Source: Blasia pusilla
Taxonomy: Eukaryota
DNA length: 64,000 nt
Direction of reading: 5' to 3'
Assembly: GCA_050084515.1 (NCBI GenBank)
Contig: CM114271.1
Span: 4,278,001 to 4,342,000, forward strand
A model generated the notes under the pieces. That model made no database searches, was not told where the DNA came from, and saw nothing but the letters and a program-made list of their open reading frames with translations. Shown here in pieces: positions 1 to 12,202 of the stretch (its first letter is position 1; every line of letters begins with the position of its first letter). Both the position numbers and the translations under genes were made by a program.

Positions 1-671
1 TTTTTTAGGTTTATCCCCTACTTCAAATGCAAGAAATCTTTTAAAGAGAGTAAGAAGTGCACCACTTTGGGGGAAAAAGTAACCACATTTTTTCAGACCA
101 AGATGTGAAGATGGAAATATTATCGTCAACAATTAGTCATGAAAGTGCAAGAGTGTTTTGCTTCTCCCTCTTGCTAGAGAGACCAATCTCCCATCATCAA
201 CGAATTTATAGGTGGAATTTGGGTATTTTAGGGAAAAACAAGGAAAGTAAAAGTAAAAGTAAAGATGATTTGTGGCAACATACTGGACCAAATTATGATA
301 GGTCGCCAACTCAGATGAGTTGGCATTTCTTCGCAGAGTGCAAATAGTTGCTTCTTCTTCCCCTGGAATGGAAGAATGTTTCTTCCACTCTGCCAAACGG
401 CTCTACCACTCGCCCCTGAAAGCCTCACTAGATTTCGGATTAAGTTACCAATTCTCGAGCAAAGCTTCATAAGGGTCTTTCTCAATGTCGGGGACTTTTC
501 CCTCCCTCGAAGCACAGATCCATGAAATATCCTAGGGGCATATTTTAGACCTTTTCTCATATGAGTTAGTGGCCTATACTCTGACGGGTTGGACGGACAT
601 TTGTTCAGAAACCTCTGTTCGTAACAGCTGGCGGCCCTCAATAGCACTCCTCCACAGGCTTCCTCTAAACA

Positions 672-1581
672 TGCAACCCGTCGGAAATCGACATGTTGCG
701 ACTACTTTCAATCGTTCGGACCTGGAAACAATAAAAGAACAGGGCTCAGAAGGAAACCTCCAGTGGCTGCCTGCAGACAAGCAACCCATCGGAAACCGAC
801 GTGTTGCAATTGCAAGCAATCGTTTGGACCTGCAACCAGCCACTAATCCGGACCGTGGAGAATGTTGGATTCTGAGAGGTTGCATGACAGGAAAAGGATT
901 CATGAGGGTTAAACTGCTATGCAGACCTATCATGTTCAATAAAGTTTTTACGCATGACATAAACTAGGTGCGAAAAAAGTTATAGAGGGAAGGATCCCAA
1001 AACTTCACAATAGTCAGTTTAGACATGCAACTTATCCAAATTCGACTGGTTGAATCACATCAAGAAATAAAAAGGTTGAAAAGGTTTCACAAGCTGCACT
1101 GAAAAATGCAACCTATCCGAATCCGACGGGTTGTAGGACACGTCAAGATAAGTTGTGTCTATCTTCCTGTCGCAAATATCGCAAGACCCAAGAATTTCTA
1201 CATACATCTTCAATCATCAACTTCCATTCTCGGCTTGCAACCCGTCAGAATCCGGCAGGTTGGAAGATGGAAAAAAATGACAATCTAAAGGAGACACCAA
1301 AACGCGGACCTTTCAAGTCAATCAGAATCAGTTTGCAACTTCTTGTAATTCGACATGTCGCAAACTTAGTTTCTCGTTTGCAACCCGTCGGGTTGCAAAC
1401 CTTGTCCAATGTAACTTGTCGGAATCTGAGAAATTCCAAACTCGGTCCATGGTCCCTCATTTGCAACCCGTCGGAAACCAACAGGTTGCAAATTGGGGCT
1501 ATGGTTCGCAACCACATCGTAATCCGACGGTCTGCACAATTTTTCTCTGGTTTGCAACCCATCGAAATCCGACGGGTTGCA
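672..1581. repeat. Array of ~12 degenerate copies of a ~29-bp palindromic motif (consensus ~TGCAACCCGTCGGAATCCGACGGGTTGCA) with irregular spacers
   Basis: Copies read at ~672, 781, 1026, 1107, 1236, 1334, 1379 (short), 1462, 1508 and 1553, plus partial copies. Confidence 0.8.
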
Positions 1582-3841
1582 AAATAAACAACATCGAGTA
1601 GATAGATGAACACAATCCAATTATACATTGTGTATCAAATATCCTTCCAAGATACACATTTTTTTTTGGATGTATGGATACATTTTTAATGTACTGCGGT
1701 CTTCTCTATTGTCAAATGACCCCATCAAGGTTATAACCCTTCTTACATACTAGCTCATTCATGGTTCTTTATCGTTTGGCCATACCTACAAATAGAAGAG
1801 GTACAATGTGGATAAAAGGTATTCACAAGTAATTAGATCAAAATCTAGAAGAGCCTTTTATGGTTTACAGATGTCAATAGAGTGGAGAAATCATAATCAC
1901 TCGAGGTAATTTGATCTCCCTGCAAGAGGATCTTACAAAAATCTTCCCAAGAACATCAAATTAGAACTAACCTTAGGGCATAACTATTCCACATAACACA
2001 ATAAAAAAAACAAAAAAAGAGCAAAGTAAAAAAGTACAGAGGCGCACAAAAAACAAGAGTGAGGATGCTTGAATATGAGCAAAATGGGGTATCAAGCTAA
2101 GTTGAAAAGTAAACCCACTAGAGAGGCAGCAATAGCAAAGTAGTGAACAATGACAATAACAACGATGAAAACACCATAAGTTTGCTATAATATGAATAGC
2201 ATTGATGAATTGAATGATGAAAAAATTTCCGGCCAAGATTACTCTTAACCTCGGATTACCCTTACCATTGTTGAATATTGACTTTGAAGCAAGCAACAAC
2301 AATTGTGAAAATCTAAGTGAATTGGGCATCATGAAGCAATGATGTAACAAAACAACAACTGAGAAACATAAAAGAAGTAGCAAGTGAGGCACACAAAGTA
2401 GCAATGTCACGTCGAAGCAATAGAGTGATGAAGCTTGAGAAGAAATTGCAAGAGGACAAAGCGTGCAAAGCAACAAAAATACAACTAAGCACATGGAGAT
2501 CACCAAAAACGACTGAGTGGTAGCTCAATGGGCAATGGAGGCTACAAAGTGGGGAAGAGAAAGGAGGGAGCGAAGGTGCAGAGGAGAGCGTGGAGAGCGA
2601 AGCACGTAAAGTAGCACAACTTAGCATGCTGAGAATTGCAACAATGGTGGAGTAGGGGTTGAAAAGTTGAGGTTGGGGAGAACAACGCAGAGCGCATAGC
2701 AGATCCCATAGAATTCAAAATTGAAGCAATAGAACTAAGTGTGGAGAATTGGGGGCCGGAGGGGGCGATTAAGGTTGTGGATAGGAGAGAGCAAGGTTGT
2801 ACCATTGCTGAGGAGAGAAAAACTGGGGAGGGGAGGGCAGGGTTGCATTGGCAAGATAAGCTGGCAAGCATGAAAGCAAAAGGAGAGAGCAAGGATGAGG
2901 AGGAGAGCGTGGAGAGCAATGCGCACAAACCACAACTATGCAACTACGAAACTAAGCGTGGAGAGCAACTACGCAACAACAAGGTAGCAGAGCTGCAAGA
3001 ACAGCGAAGGTTGCAAAAGGGAGGGCGCCAACTGGGACGGGAGAGAACAAGGTTGCACTCTTGCGGAGGAGGGCAAAAAAGAGGAGGAGAGGGCCCTACC
3101 CGAGAGTCTCACCCAAACCCTAAACCCCCTCCCCTCCCAATGTGTCTACATGCCGTCCAGTACTCCATCGGACGGCTTAACACAACTACATATTGCGATG
3201 GGTAGCCTCCAAAGATACACCACTAAATCCTACGGCCGAGATTAGCCATCTACCTCCTCCGTCCATTCGACAGTCTGTCCTCCTAGTCTATCAGGAGTGA
3301 GTAACTATTTCGCAGCAATCGGAAGTCAGCCTGAAATTGCCCTGAATATCAGATATTCAGGATACGGGAGAATTTCCAAAATTGGGAACGTGTTTCCATC
3401 AGGTGCCGGAATCCCCCTGTAAAATAATAGGAAACCTGTCGAAACTTTTAAAAACTGTCAGTGAAGGTTACTCGTAAGCTCGGATCTCCCGGATCTCTGG
3501 TCTGAAGGCCTAGGTAGAACCTTCATAAAGCCTAGTCCAATCATGCCTTTCAAGGATAAATTACAAGGCTAAATCTTCACCGTATGTTCCGCACTCATTT
3601 TCGTTGATAATATAACTCCCATAAAAGTCCACTTCACCAATGTTGTCCATGATATTATATCTTAGCATTACATCTATACTATTAAAAAAATATGGGTTTT
3701 CAAACGTGACACATGTGCATTTTAGGCTTTCCTGTGCTGACATGTGACGGGTTTACAGGAACTAACAGTTAAATAAAGGGACCGGCCGGTTGTATAGGGT
3801 TTAGGCCTCAGATAGCATATCCTTTGTCCATCAGTGTTTTC

Positions 3842-3998
3842 ATTAGCGAAATGGAATCGGAGAGACTGGGTTTGAACTAAAATTGGGACTAAGTTTGAGT
3901 CAGAGATAAGAGATCCGGTTTCTATTAGCGAAATGGAATCGGAAAGACTGGGTTTGAACTAAAATTGGGACTAAGTTAGAGTCATAGATAAGAGATCC
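3842..3998. repeat. Tandem duplication, two ~75-bp copies with 82-bp period
   Basis: ATTAGCGAAATGGAATCGG...GATAAGAGATCC at 3842 and 3924. Confidence 0.9.
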
Positions 3999-4706
3999 AG
4001 TACAAGCACACAGTTCTATTAGGCGTTTAGAGGTCAGTTCTCACCAAGTCGGGAAAAAAGAAATAGAAAACTGCAAAAAAGAAAATTTCTTCGAAGGGTA
4101 ATTCTTGAAGAGATGCACCAGATGCGTGAGATGAGTTCAAAACTTTAGACAGAAAGTGGGATGTCAGTCACACGAACCTGAAAAGGGACTTTCACCAGTG
4201 GATTACTTTTCCTCGCTCGCTGGATAAAGCCGAACTATAAACCAAAATTGGCCTGGATTGAGCACCTACCTCATCTACCGATCAATAGAGTCGAAGAGAA
4301 GGATGACGTCTCTAACAGAAACTGCACCAAAAGCTGATACATCTCATGCAGGGCAAAGTATTTCCTGGCTACCAACAGTGGTCCGAGAAATTGGTACATC
4401 TGACTTGGGGGAGGGGCACTGGCTAGAAGTCTGGAAGTGATGGATTCTACTAAGATAGCAGCTAGACAAGACCAGCATTAAGTTGATAAGAGTTCAGGTC
4501 AAGATGTTCAATAACATAAGCAGAATTTTCTCAAAATAAGGAGTTTGAAACACCCCAGTTGATCAAATTTTACAGTGTACTAGAATCAGAAGACAGTTCT
4601 TCCGAATCATTTCTTACTTGATACTTACATCACCATGGGCAGTTCTCTAAAAAAAAAAAACAATCATCGCATGAGCACAGAATTGTAGAAGTGCCCTTTG
4701 GAATGT

Positions 4707-5658
4707 AAGCTGCCAAAGGGTTTTATAAAGCTACAAGGGCCGAAGTAAGCCAATAAAGGGTCAGGTCCATCCGCATGGCTGCGTGAGGAACGTGTGACAA
4801 AGCATGAATGAATCATATACTTGAAAAGAGACTTAAAGACCTGAGAATATGATTGACCAGCAGAAGTATCTCCTTGTACAAAGTCAGAGCTAGCATCAGC
4901 TAGACCATCCATGATTTCAGCTTGTACACAATCAGCAAATCAGTCCCTATCTCTATTGCCAAATCAGAGCCCTACCATGATGTGACTCTTCTTACTGTCT
5001 AAGAGATACTAAGAAGGATTCTACTCAGCCACACCTTGCACTCACACTACAGGTCCTCACATGTCACCAGCTCAGAGATCAGACATGGCTCACCATTGAG
5101 CACAAACAATCTCCATCAGCATACTAGACAAAACAACCTGCCTTCCAGTGAGGCTCTAGCAAGCACAGCAATTAGTCTCAATCTCCTCTTCCTACTCTCT
5201 GATCACTCTGCAGCAGGACCAAGAGCCTCAGGAGTCCTCACCAAAACTGTGCATGCTGTAGAATTGGCTTCTGCTCTCTAAACAGAGACATTATATACAT
5301 CAGGGTGAGCACTTCTGGCCCTTAGATCTTCTTGAACAGATCCATACCCTAAATAACAGATGGTGGCTAACCCTAACTCGAGAATTGCCCTAATTCAAGG
5401 TTACCCTAAAAAGATAGAGGAACACTAAGTTATCTCTAGCTAACTAAAATAGTATCCAACTAAGTTAGTATCTGACTAACTACTTTTAGAACATGACTAA
5501 ACTAGATATTAACAAATTTCAACAAAGCTGCCAAAGGGTTTTATAAAGCTACAAGGGCCGAAGTAAGCCAATAAAGGGTCAGGTCCATCCGCATGGCTGC
5601 GTGAGGAACGTGTGACAAAGCATGAATGAATCATATACTTGAAAAGAGACTTAAAGAC
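4707..5658. repeat. 134-bp direct repeat (4707-4840 and 5525-5658) flanking an LTR-like segment
   Basis: AAGCTGCCAAAGGG...GACTTAAAGAC occurs twice, apparently identical. The intervening segment has a TATA-like motif and ends TTCAACA. Confidence 0.85.
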
Positions 5659-5699
5659 AAGGAGTGACACAAATAAGCCGGTGCAGATATTGGCGACAA

Positions 5700-7800
5700 A
5701 TAGACATCTTCACTTGCCCCAATACCGACAAGGGAAGAATTGGTAGAAAAGTTTGACCAAACTAAATCCGATAAGACCATGGGAGAAAAGTGAGAACTTC
5801 GGTGATTTAATCACAGAAACAAGAAGTATGGTCACCTATGTAAGAAGATGATGGGCACAAAGTCCATTACAATTCAAAACAGAAAAAACCAAGAAAATAG
5901 CATCAAGGAGTGAAATAATGAAGGGATACGAAAACATGCAGTACTTTACTATCGAAAGTAGTGAGAAGCTAGCACTGACTTCACAATAATTGGGAATAAG
6001 AGACTGCTGCAATCTTTCGGATCGAATAAATGTCTTCACATGGGCAACTTAACGGAATTGCTACAAAGAACCATAATACGGCAAAATTGAGCCCAAACAA
6101 AGGGGTTGTTCCTTAAACATGCCACTAAATACTCAGAAATGACTCCTCAAGAGTGACCTATGCAGGTTTGTAATTGTACGAATATGATATTCTACCTCTA
6201 ATTAAATACACCAGCCAATCTACTTGAAATCTTACAACCGATGTCATTCTGTGCTGTCACATTGAGTCTCATCAACAAGTCACCTTGAAGTTGAATGAAT
6301 TGATATTCCTTGTAAGTTCTGCTACAGGGAAATTTATTAGCTATTCTGTAATTTTGTAAGACAAGCTTAAGCTTCAATACCAATTCTCTAATGAGCCGCC
6401 TTCTTCTCTTCGTGTGTTGCATCCAAATAATATACAATAATGTGGGGGACTTTAGCTGATCAATAAGCTACATGGTCTAACCTCCCCTTCACTTTTCCAG
6501 ATTTTTTCCTAAGTCTGAGAAGCACTTTCCTTGGATTCTGCACTATAATACATTCTATCTCTGAGGAGACAAGTTTTGACATAGGCTAATATCTACCTTC
6601 TATTCTAAAGTGGACATGGAAATCTTCAATGGAAGAATGAAGCCTTTGACTGGCTAGCCATCAGCTTTTGTACATGAAACCTTGAGGCATGATAATTATA
6701 AACCCTAAATGGAGCTGAGAGAGAAACTTGCACGCCGCAAGAAAGTCCACCTCACTGTAGAATCAGTCTCACCCACTAGATTGTATCCCTCAGTGAGCCA
6801 TCTGCCAGTCCTCAGTAAGTACATGAGGACAAGGTAGGCCTCTTAACCAAGTTTGCTGTATTTTACATTGACAAGTAATCCCAAAGAGTTACAAATACCG
6901 AAGAGCCAATCTTCTGCACATCAGAGAAAGAAATCTTAGTCCAAAAAAATTAGGAAAATCCTACAAATGAATGTTAATTCGTGCAACAAACCTTTTTCAA
7001 GACAGCCTGACCAGGCTTATTAGACAAAATGTTCATATATAGGTGACACTGCTCATCAAGCTTTTGTCACCAAATATCTACTAAACGTAACATATGAATA
7101 TGGGGGATTGAAGCTAAGGACGTACTATGGCCTTTCTTTGGTCAAACAATGAACCAAATTTGGTGGCCATAAAACTTAACTACATGTCATCTTAAGACCA
7201 GTCTTCAAAAGCACCTAAAACACAACCTCTTTAAGGAAAAGACATTTTTTTGGGTCTATGAGCATAGTATCAATAAAGCTTACATGATCCTTGACAAGTT
7301 CAGAGGGTGCCAGTCCAACATGCACTCACTTCAGGTTCTTCTTCTGGGATCTGCAGGGTACCTGGACCAAAATTCAAACTCTAATTAAAATTTCTCCTAA
7401 TGACCTCTCCATGCAAAGATTCTTTTCCCATTATTGCCTGGGAAAGTATCTGGACAAATAGAAAGAGCAGTCTTCTTGCATTGTTTCTCCAAGAGTTTAT
7501 AGCAGTTCAGAGATGTCTTCACTTATAAACTGCAAATTCTCCATTCACCTACCCTCACGTTGGTATTGGGACAAGCGAAGCTTAACAATATCCCATTTCA
7601 CATGTGACTTCTCAAAAGAAGATTTGGAAACAGGATGCACAGTGTACAATTGGGTTACAAGACACCTTGAAGGCTCAGTTATGAAAGACGTGTCTTTCCA
7701 ATGATTCCCTCTTTTGATGTCCCAAGGTGTACTTACCAAATGTTTGCTCTGACACAAGCTTAATAAGCTATAAGCTATTGTTTAAGGAAATTTAAAACGT
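5700..7800 (+). mobile_element. Highly degenerate LINE-like (non-LTR) ORF2 relic
   Basis: Broken RT motif LKVDME...KAFD near 6600-6660; no long ORF. Confidence 0.3.
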
Positions 7801-7835
7801 ATTGATGTTTAGAACAAAGTGATGTTCTGACTGCA

Positions 7836-7890
7836 ATTCAGAAAGCTCAATCTTGCTGAATTTCAGTCAGCAAGATTGAGCTTTCTGAAT
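7836..7890. repeat. Perfect 24-bp inverted repeat with 7-nt loop
   Basis: ATTCAGAAAGCTCAATCTTGCTGA-atttcag-TCAGCAAGATTGAGCTTTCTGAAT. Confidence 0.9.
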
Positions 7891-8192
7891 CCAGAAAATT
7901 TTGCTGCCTCCAGTATTTTGATAAGAATACCTTGCCCTTCTTTTGTCCTATCGCATTGACCAATCAATTCTCCAGACTGCCCACACTCAGGTTCCTTGGT
8001 CAAAGAGAGAATGAGTAGAACAAATACTAAGATCTCTCTCCCAAGCACCGTACAACCAGGGCACGGGATCTCTGGTCACAAGGCTGCAACAGGCACAACT
8101 TAATGAGAAGAGTCTGGGCGACAACCTGGCAAAGAGGAGAACCAAGACCAACACTAGTACTTGAGTGAATAAGAGATCCCCATGTGCCCACA

Positions 8193-9447
8193 TACACCTA
8201 TCTGGGCATTGAATTCTCAGAAGACTGCATGTGGGATGCCTACATTAAGAAGACTACTTAGAAAGGCCACAAGCAGGTGAATGGACTTTCGAGATTCCTA
8301 CACTGCCAGGACATCACATTAGGAGTGAAGCTCTGTCATTCTGCATACCATTCGTCCCTCACTGGAATATGGCCCACCAGTGTGGGATGCCAACACCAAA
8401 CAAAGGGACAGGCTTGAAGCTGTCCAGCTGAAGGCGTTTCCGGGTATGATGTCAGCTTCCTCACAAACAGCCAGAGTTGGTGTGAGATCAGAACTTGGAG
8501 TGGAACCCCTGGAGGATAGCCGTGACATCGCCAAGTTGAAATGGCGGAGGCAGTCGGAGACAATGGACTCCCATCGGCATCCTAAAGAGGTGACGGGGGA
8601 AAACTTGAAGACCAGTAAAGCAGGCCAAAACTTGGACAAAATAGGTTCAAGAGATTGTGCGGGCAACCAAGCTCCCTGCAGGGCCTGAACTGTGGGAGCA
8701 AGATGAGGAACCATTTATGGATACCATAACCAAAGCAGAGGCCAAACGCTCACAGCAGAACAGCACAGATGAAGCAATGAAAATGTCTGACCTCTCTCTC
8801 TTGACGGTATATCCTTAACAAGCAGCACTGAAGAACTATTCCAGGGAAACACCTTGCTTGGTAACCCGGCTTAAGTTTAAGTTTAGGACGGGGGCAATCC
8901 CTTGAACCATAAGAAAAGCAGGATGTGAACACAACTAAATCCTTGCGGGTTGTGATGATGGAGATAGAACCTCTAGTCACTACTTGGTCTCCTGCATAAA
9001 ACTCGGAATACACAGGGCAAGAGCATATGCTGATATTGCTAAGCTGGTAACACCAGAATTGTTCAACACATTCAGTAGCCTAGATTCACAGCCCAAAGCT
9101 GCTCCACTGGTAAGTAATGATTGTTGGGGATCCCAATCAGGTAAAGAGGGTGGTGTGCTGAAGAGCTTCACGGTTGACACTTGGAAGCTCCGCACTAGCA
9201 CATTGTATGGTCAGCACTCGCACTATATGAGAGTGTCTCCCTCCTCTAATATGGTACCTTCTTCACTTCTTCCTCTCTCTACACCCATCCCAGTCTAAAG
9301 CACGGTTCAACCAGGGCAGGGGGTGTATGGTCACAAGGCTACGATAGGCACTACTTAATGTGTAGAGTCTCTGGGAGAGAGCACGATCCAACCAGGGCAT
9401 GGGGTCTATGGTCGCAAGGCTACAACAGGCACTACTTAATAGGTACA
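8193..9447 (+). mobile_element. 5'-truncated LINE, same family as 55970-60627, with duplicated 3' terminal motif
   Basis: Colinear with ~59445-60625 (WDANTKQRDRLE, GVRSELGVEPLED). The 3' motif GGTC(G/A)CAAGGCTAC..AGGCACTACTTAAT occurs twice (~9329 and ~9410). Confidence 0.85.
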
Positions 9448-9961
9448 GTTTCTCTCTTAATTCTTACATTGTTGTGTGACGACTAGAGAAAATCACCTGG
9501 CACAAAGGACCTCTTAAGCCCTTGCTGTGCTTTCTTCGAATTGCTGTTCTTTTTGCAAAACTGAGTCTCATGGCCCTGTGGGGTCCCCATGGACAATCAA
9601 TCTATTTGTTCATTCATTCATTCTCTCTCTGTCTCTGTCTCTCTTTTTCTTTTTTTTCTTTTGTTTTGAATCTCAGAATCCAGACGAGAAACTGCAAATA
9701 GTTTATCTTTTAAGACAGCTTGTACCACTGGAGTTCCAAATCTACTGGACTGCCTCTAGTAGCTATGAAGTACAAAAAGAAGATAAGCCACTGTCAAATA
9801 AGCTCTGCAACGATGTGAGTCTGAAAAACAGGACTCACCTGTAGTCTGGCACCTGTAGTCGGGCACACCAAAGTGCTGAGGCTGCAGAAAAGAATAGAGT
9901 TTCATATTTCGTACTTTACACCACAACCTTTTGATGAGAGACGAGCTGGCTCACAAAGACC

Positions 9962-12202
9962 TCATTTGGTGGGCTCGGAGAGTAAAAGAAAAAGCTCCTC
10001 GTCTGTCACGGGTCCCAGTTCCAAAGCACAATCCAGAGGAGATTTGCCCCAGCCGTCAGCAGCCGTTGGACTGGCTCCCCGCATCACTAATAGCTTCGCA
10101 CAGAAATTCTTGCCATAAATGACACAGTGATGAAGAGGAGTTCTACCAGATCGATCACGTACATTTACACGAGCGCCATACTGGAGGAGCATCTCTATCA
10201 TTGCCAGATCACCAGTTTGGCAGGCCAAATGCAGGAGAGTGCATCCCCACGCGTTGTCTTCAAACTCTTCTTCGGTGTCAGCCCCTTGTGATCCATGATC
10301 CACGTGTAGTCCCATTGCTTGCTCGTGTGTTGTATTTGCGTCCGCCGATTGAATAATCAAAAGTCTCAGCGCCATCTGCTTGTTGTTCGCTACAACCGCA
10401 TCCCAAATGCAGGACGCCACGCTCGCTCCCTGAGGAAGGCTCTCTACTACCTTCCGTAGGAAACGTTTATCAACATACTTGGAGTGTATGAATCTCTCTT
10501 TGATAGCAATAGGATCTCGAGGCAGGGGTTTCGATAGGACGTCCTTGTGCTCGATGTGAACGCTGCCACTCCTCTCAAATCTTCTGGAACTGCTGTTAGA
10601 GCGCCCAAGATCTTCCTCCCAAATTGAATTCGCAAAAACATTGCCAACCGACAAAAAAAACGCAATCACGGATGGATCCCAAACTTTCACATCAAGGGTC
10701 AAAGAGCGCATCTTAGAAATGTGTACACCAAGATTTCGATGAATACCCGCACATTCTATACAAAGTAAGATTCCCAGATTTAGAGAAGCCCAATCTGGAT
10801 CCGGAGCACCACAATCAGCGCAAAACTCATTCCCTTGAACAGCTCGCAAGATGTCCAACGGCTTCTCTTGACGTTCACGGTATTCACAGCTTCTTCGATG
10901 TGAAGAGATACTCAAGGAACCAGTCTCCTCAAAGAGTGAATGTTCCGAGTCCAAGGCGAAACTGCTAGAGCTGCTGTTAATAGGCCTCTGATCTGTGATC
11001 TGGGAATTCAGGAGTGAAGCTATTACTCCGGTGATCTTGTCAATCCAATCCATCCTGTCCAGTGCGTTTTCAGCCTGCAGAGTGTAGCTTTTGGAAGGAG
11101 ATATGATCCGGAAACAGAAACGAAGGTCCGTCTGCTCTGCATCCATCTTTATTGTGGATGTCAGCAAGTTGACCGTATGATGAGCGATAGTCTTCTCATC
11201 CGTTGGTTTGCCCCACTGCTTCCGATAGTAGTACAACTTCCCGAAACTGTCCAGAACAAAAAATCTTCTCTTCCAATCTCCACGCAAGTTTGTGGAGCGC
11301 TTGAGAAGGTAACCCTGTTTGATAGTTTGAACCTTTCCCCCCGGCGTCGATTGCATCACCGCCTCAATTAACCTATGTGAGCTCCTCCCAACGGTTTGAA
11401 TTCCATCACCCGCAGTAGAGACATCGGTCTTACTAAAGGACCTTTGATTCTCACGCTCCATTCGTCGAGTAAACTCCTGCATTCTGTCGGCGAGTGCTGC
11501 CTGCTCATAATTCGCTCTCTGCCTAGATTGCTGCGCGTATGCTAGCACCTGATGGATGTACGGCTCCATCTGATGGAGCAACTCATATCCCTGTTTGAAA
11601 TACCGTAAGTGCGCATCCATGCATTCGCTAACCGCTTCGAGAAACTCAAACTTCTTCTTGGCCTCAAGATTTGACAGAGCAGATACCAGATTAAACCGAG
11701 CTTGTTCGAACGAACTTCTCGCAATTCGCAGGTCCTCTTCAGCCTCGATCACGACGTCCACTTTGGCATCCTTTCTCAGATTCAAGAACTTAACTCGCAC
11801 CTGATCATAGTGCAGGCTCGATTTTTCAAATCGCTTGCGGAGCTCTTTGACCTCATGAAGATCGAGGCTTACGAACTGCGTTAGGCGATCCTCTAACGTC
11901 TGTTCAACTTGAGAGCGGAGAACTTCTTTGTAGGTACCAATCTCCCGCAATGCTATAGTGAATTTCGTCATCACCGGCCCTCCAACGGCTATGCTGATTG
12001 GATCATCCAGGCCTCCGCCGAAACTTTCTAGCGCATTCGCGAACGCAATGTCTCCATCGTACGCCTCTCCTAGGACTTCGGAGTATTTGCGACAGCCTTT
12101 GTGGAACTTCTGACATCTCTCCCTCAAGGCCTCTGCAGTCTCCTCGAGTGCTAAGATCTGCTTCCTAAACATGGGAGAGTCATCTAGCTTGGAAAACTGC
12201 AT
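9962..12202 (-). CDS. ADP-ribosylation factor GTPase-activating protein, AGD1-4/VAN3 (ACAP) type: BAR-PH-ArfGAP-ankyrin; single exon
   Basis: Uninterrupted ORF. Family N-terminus MQFSKLDDSPMFRKQ (ATG at 12202; upstream in-frame ATG at 12235; the ORF-track start at 12322 is a TTG). PH domain KQGYLLKRS..WKRRFFVL, zinc finger CADC..WASLNLGILLCIECAGIHR, ankyrin GCTLLHLAC and GRTPLHHC. Confidence 0.95.
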   Translation of the reverse strand: MQFSKLDDSPMFRKQILALEETAEALRERCQKFHKGCRKYSEVLGEAYDGDIAFANALESFGGGLDDPISIAVGGPVMTKFTIALREIGTYKEVLRSQVEQTLEDRLTQFVSLDLHEVKELRKRFEKSSLHYDQVRVKFLNLRKDAKVDVVIEAEEDLRIARSSFEQARFNLVSALSNLEAKKKFEFLEAVSECMDAHLRYFKQGYELLHQMEPYIHQVLAYAQQSRQRANYEQAALADRMQEFTRRMERENQRSFSKTDVSTAGDGIQTVGRSSHRLIEAVMQSTPGGKVQTIKQGYLLKRSTNLRGDWKRRFFVLDSFGKLYYYRKQWGKPTDEKTIAHHTVNLLTSTIKMDAEQTDLRFCFRIISPSKSYTLQAENALDRMDWIDKITGVIASLLNSQITDQRPINSSSSSFALDSEHSLFEETGSLSISSHRRSCEYRERQEKPLDILRAVQGNEFCADCGAPDPDWASLNLGILLCIECAGIHRNLGVHISKMRSLTLDVKVWDPSVIAFFLSVGNVFANSIWEEDLGRSNSSSRRFERSGSVHIEHKDVLSKPLPRDPIAIKERFIHSKYVDKRFLRKVVESLPQGASVASCIWDAVVANNKQMALRLLIIQSADANTTHEQAMGLHVDHGSQGADTEEEFEDNAWGCTLLHLACQTGDLAMIEMLLQYGARVNVRDRSGRTPLHHCVIYGKNFCAKLLVMRGASPTAADGWGKSPLDCALELGPVTDEELFLLLSEPTK

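Noticed and set aside
672-1581. True CRISPR array
   Set aside because: Repeats are degenerate, spacing is irregular, no cas genes are present and the context is eukaryotic.
1973-3205. Overlapping 100-180 aa ORFs
   Set aside because: Purine-skewed low-complexity sequence with no recognisable domain.
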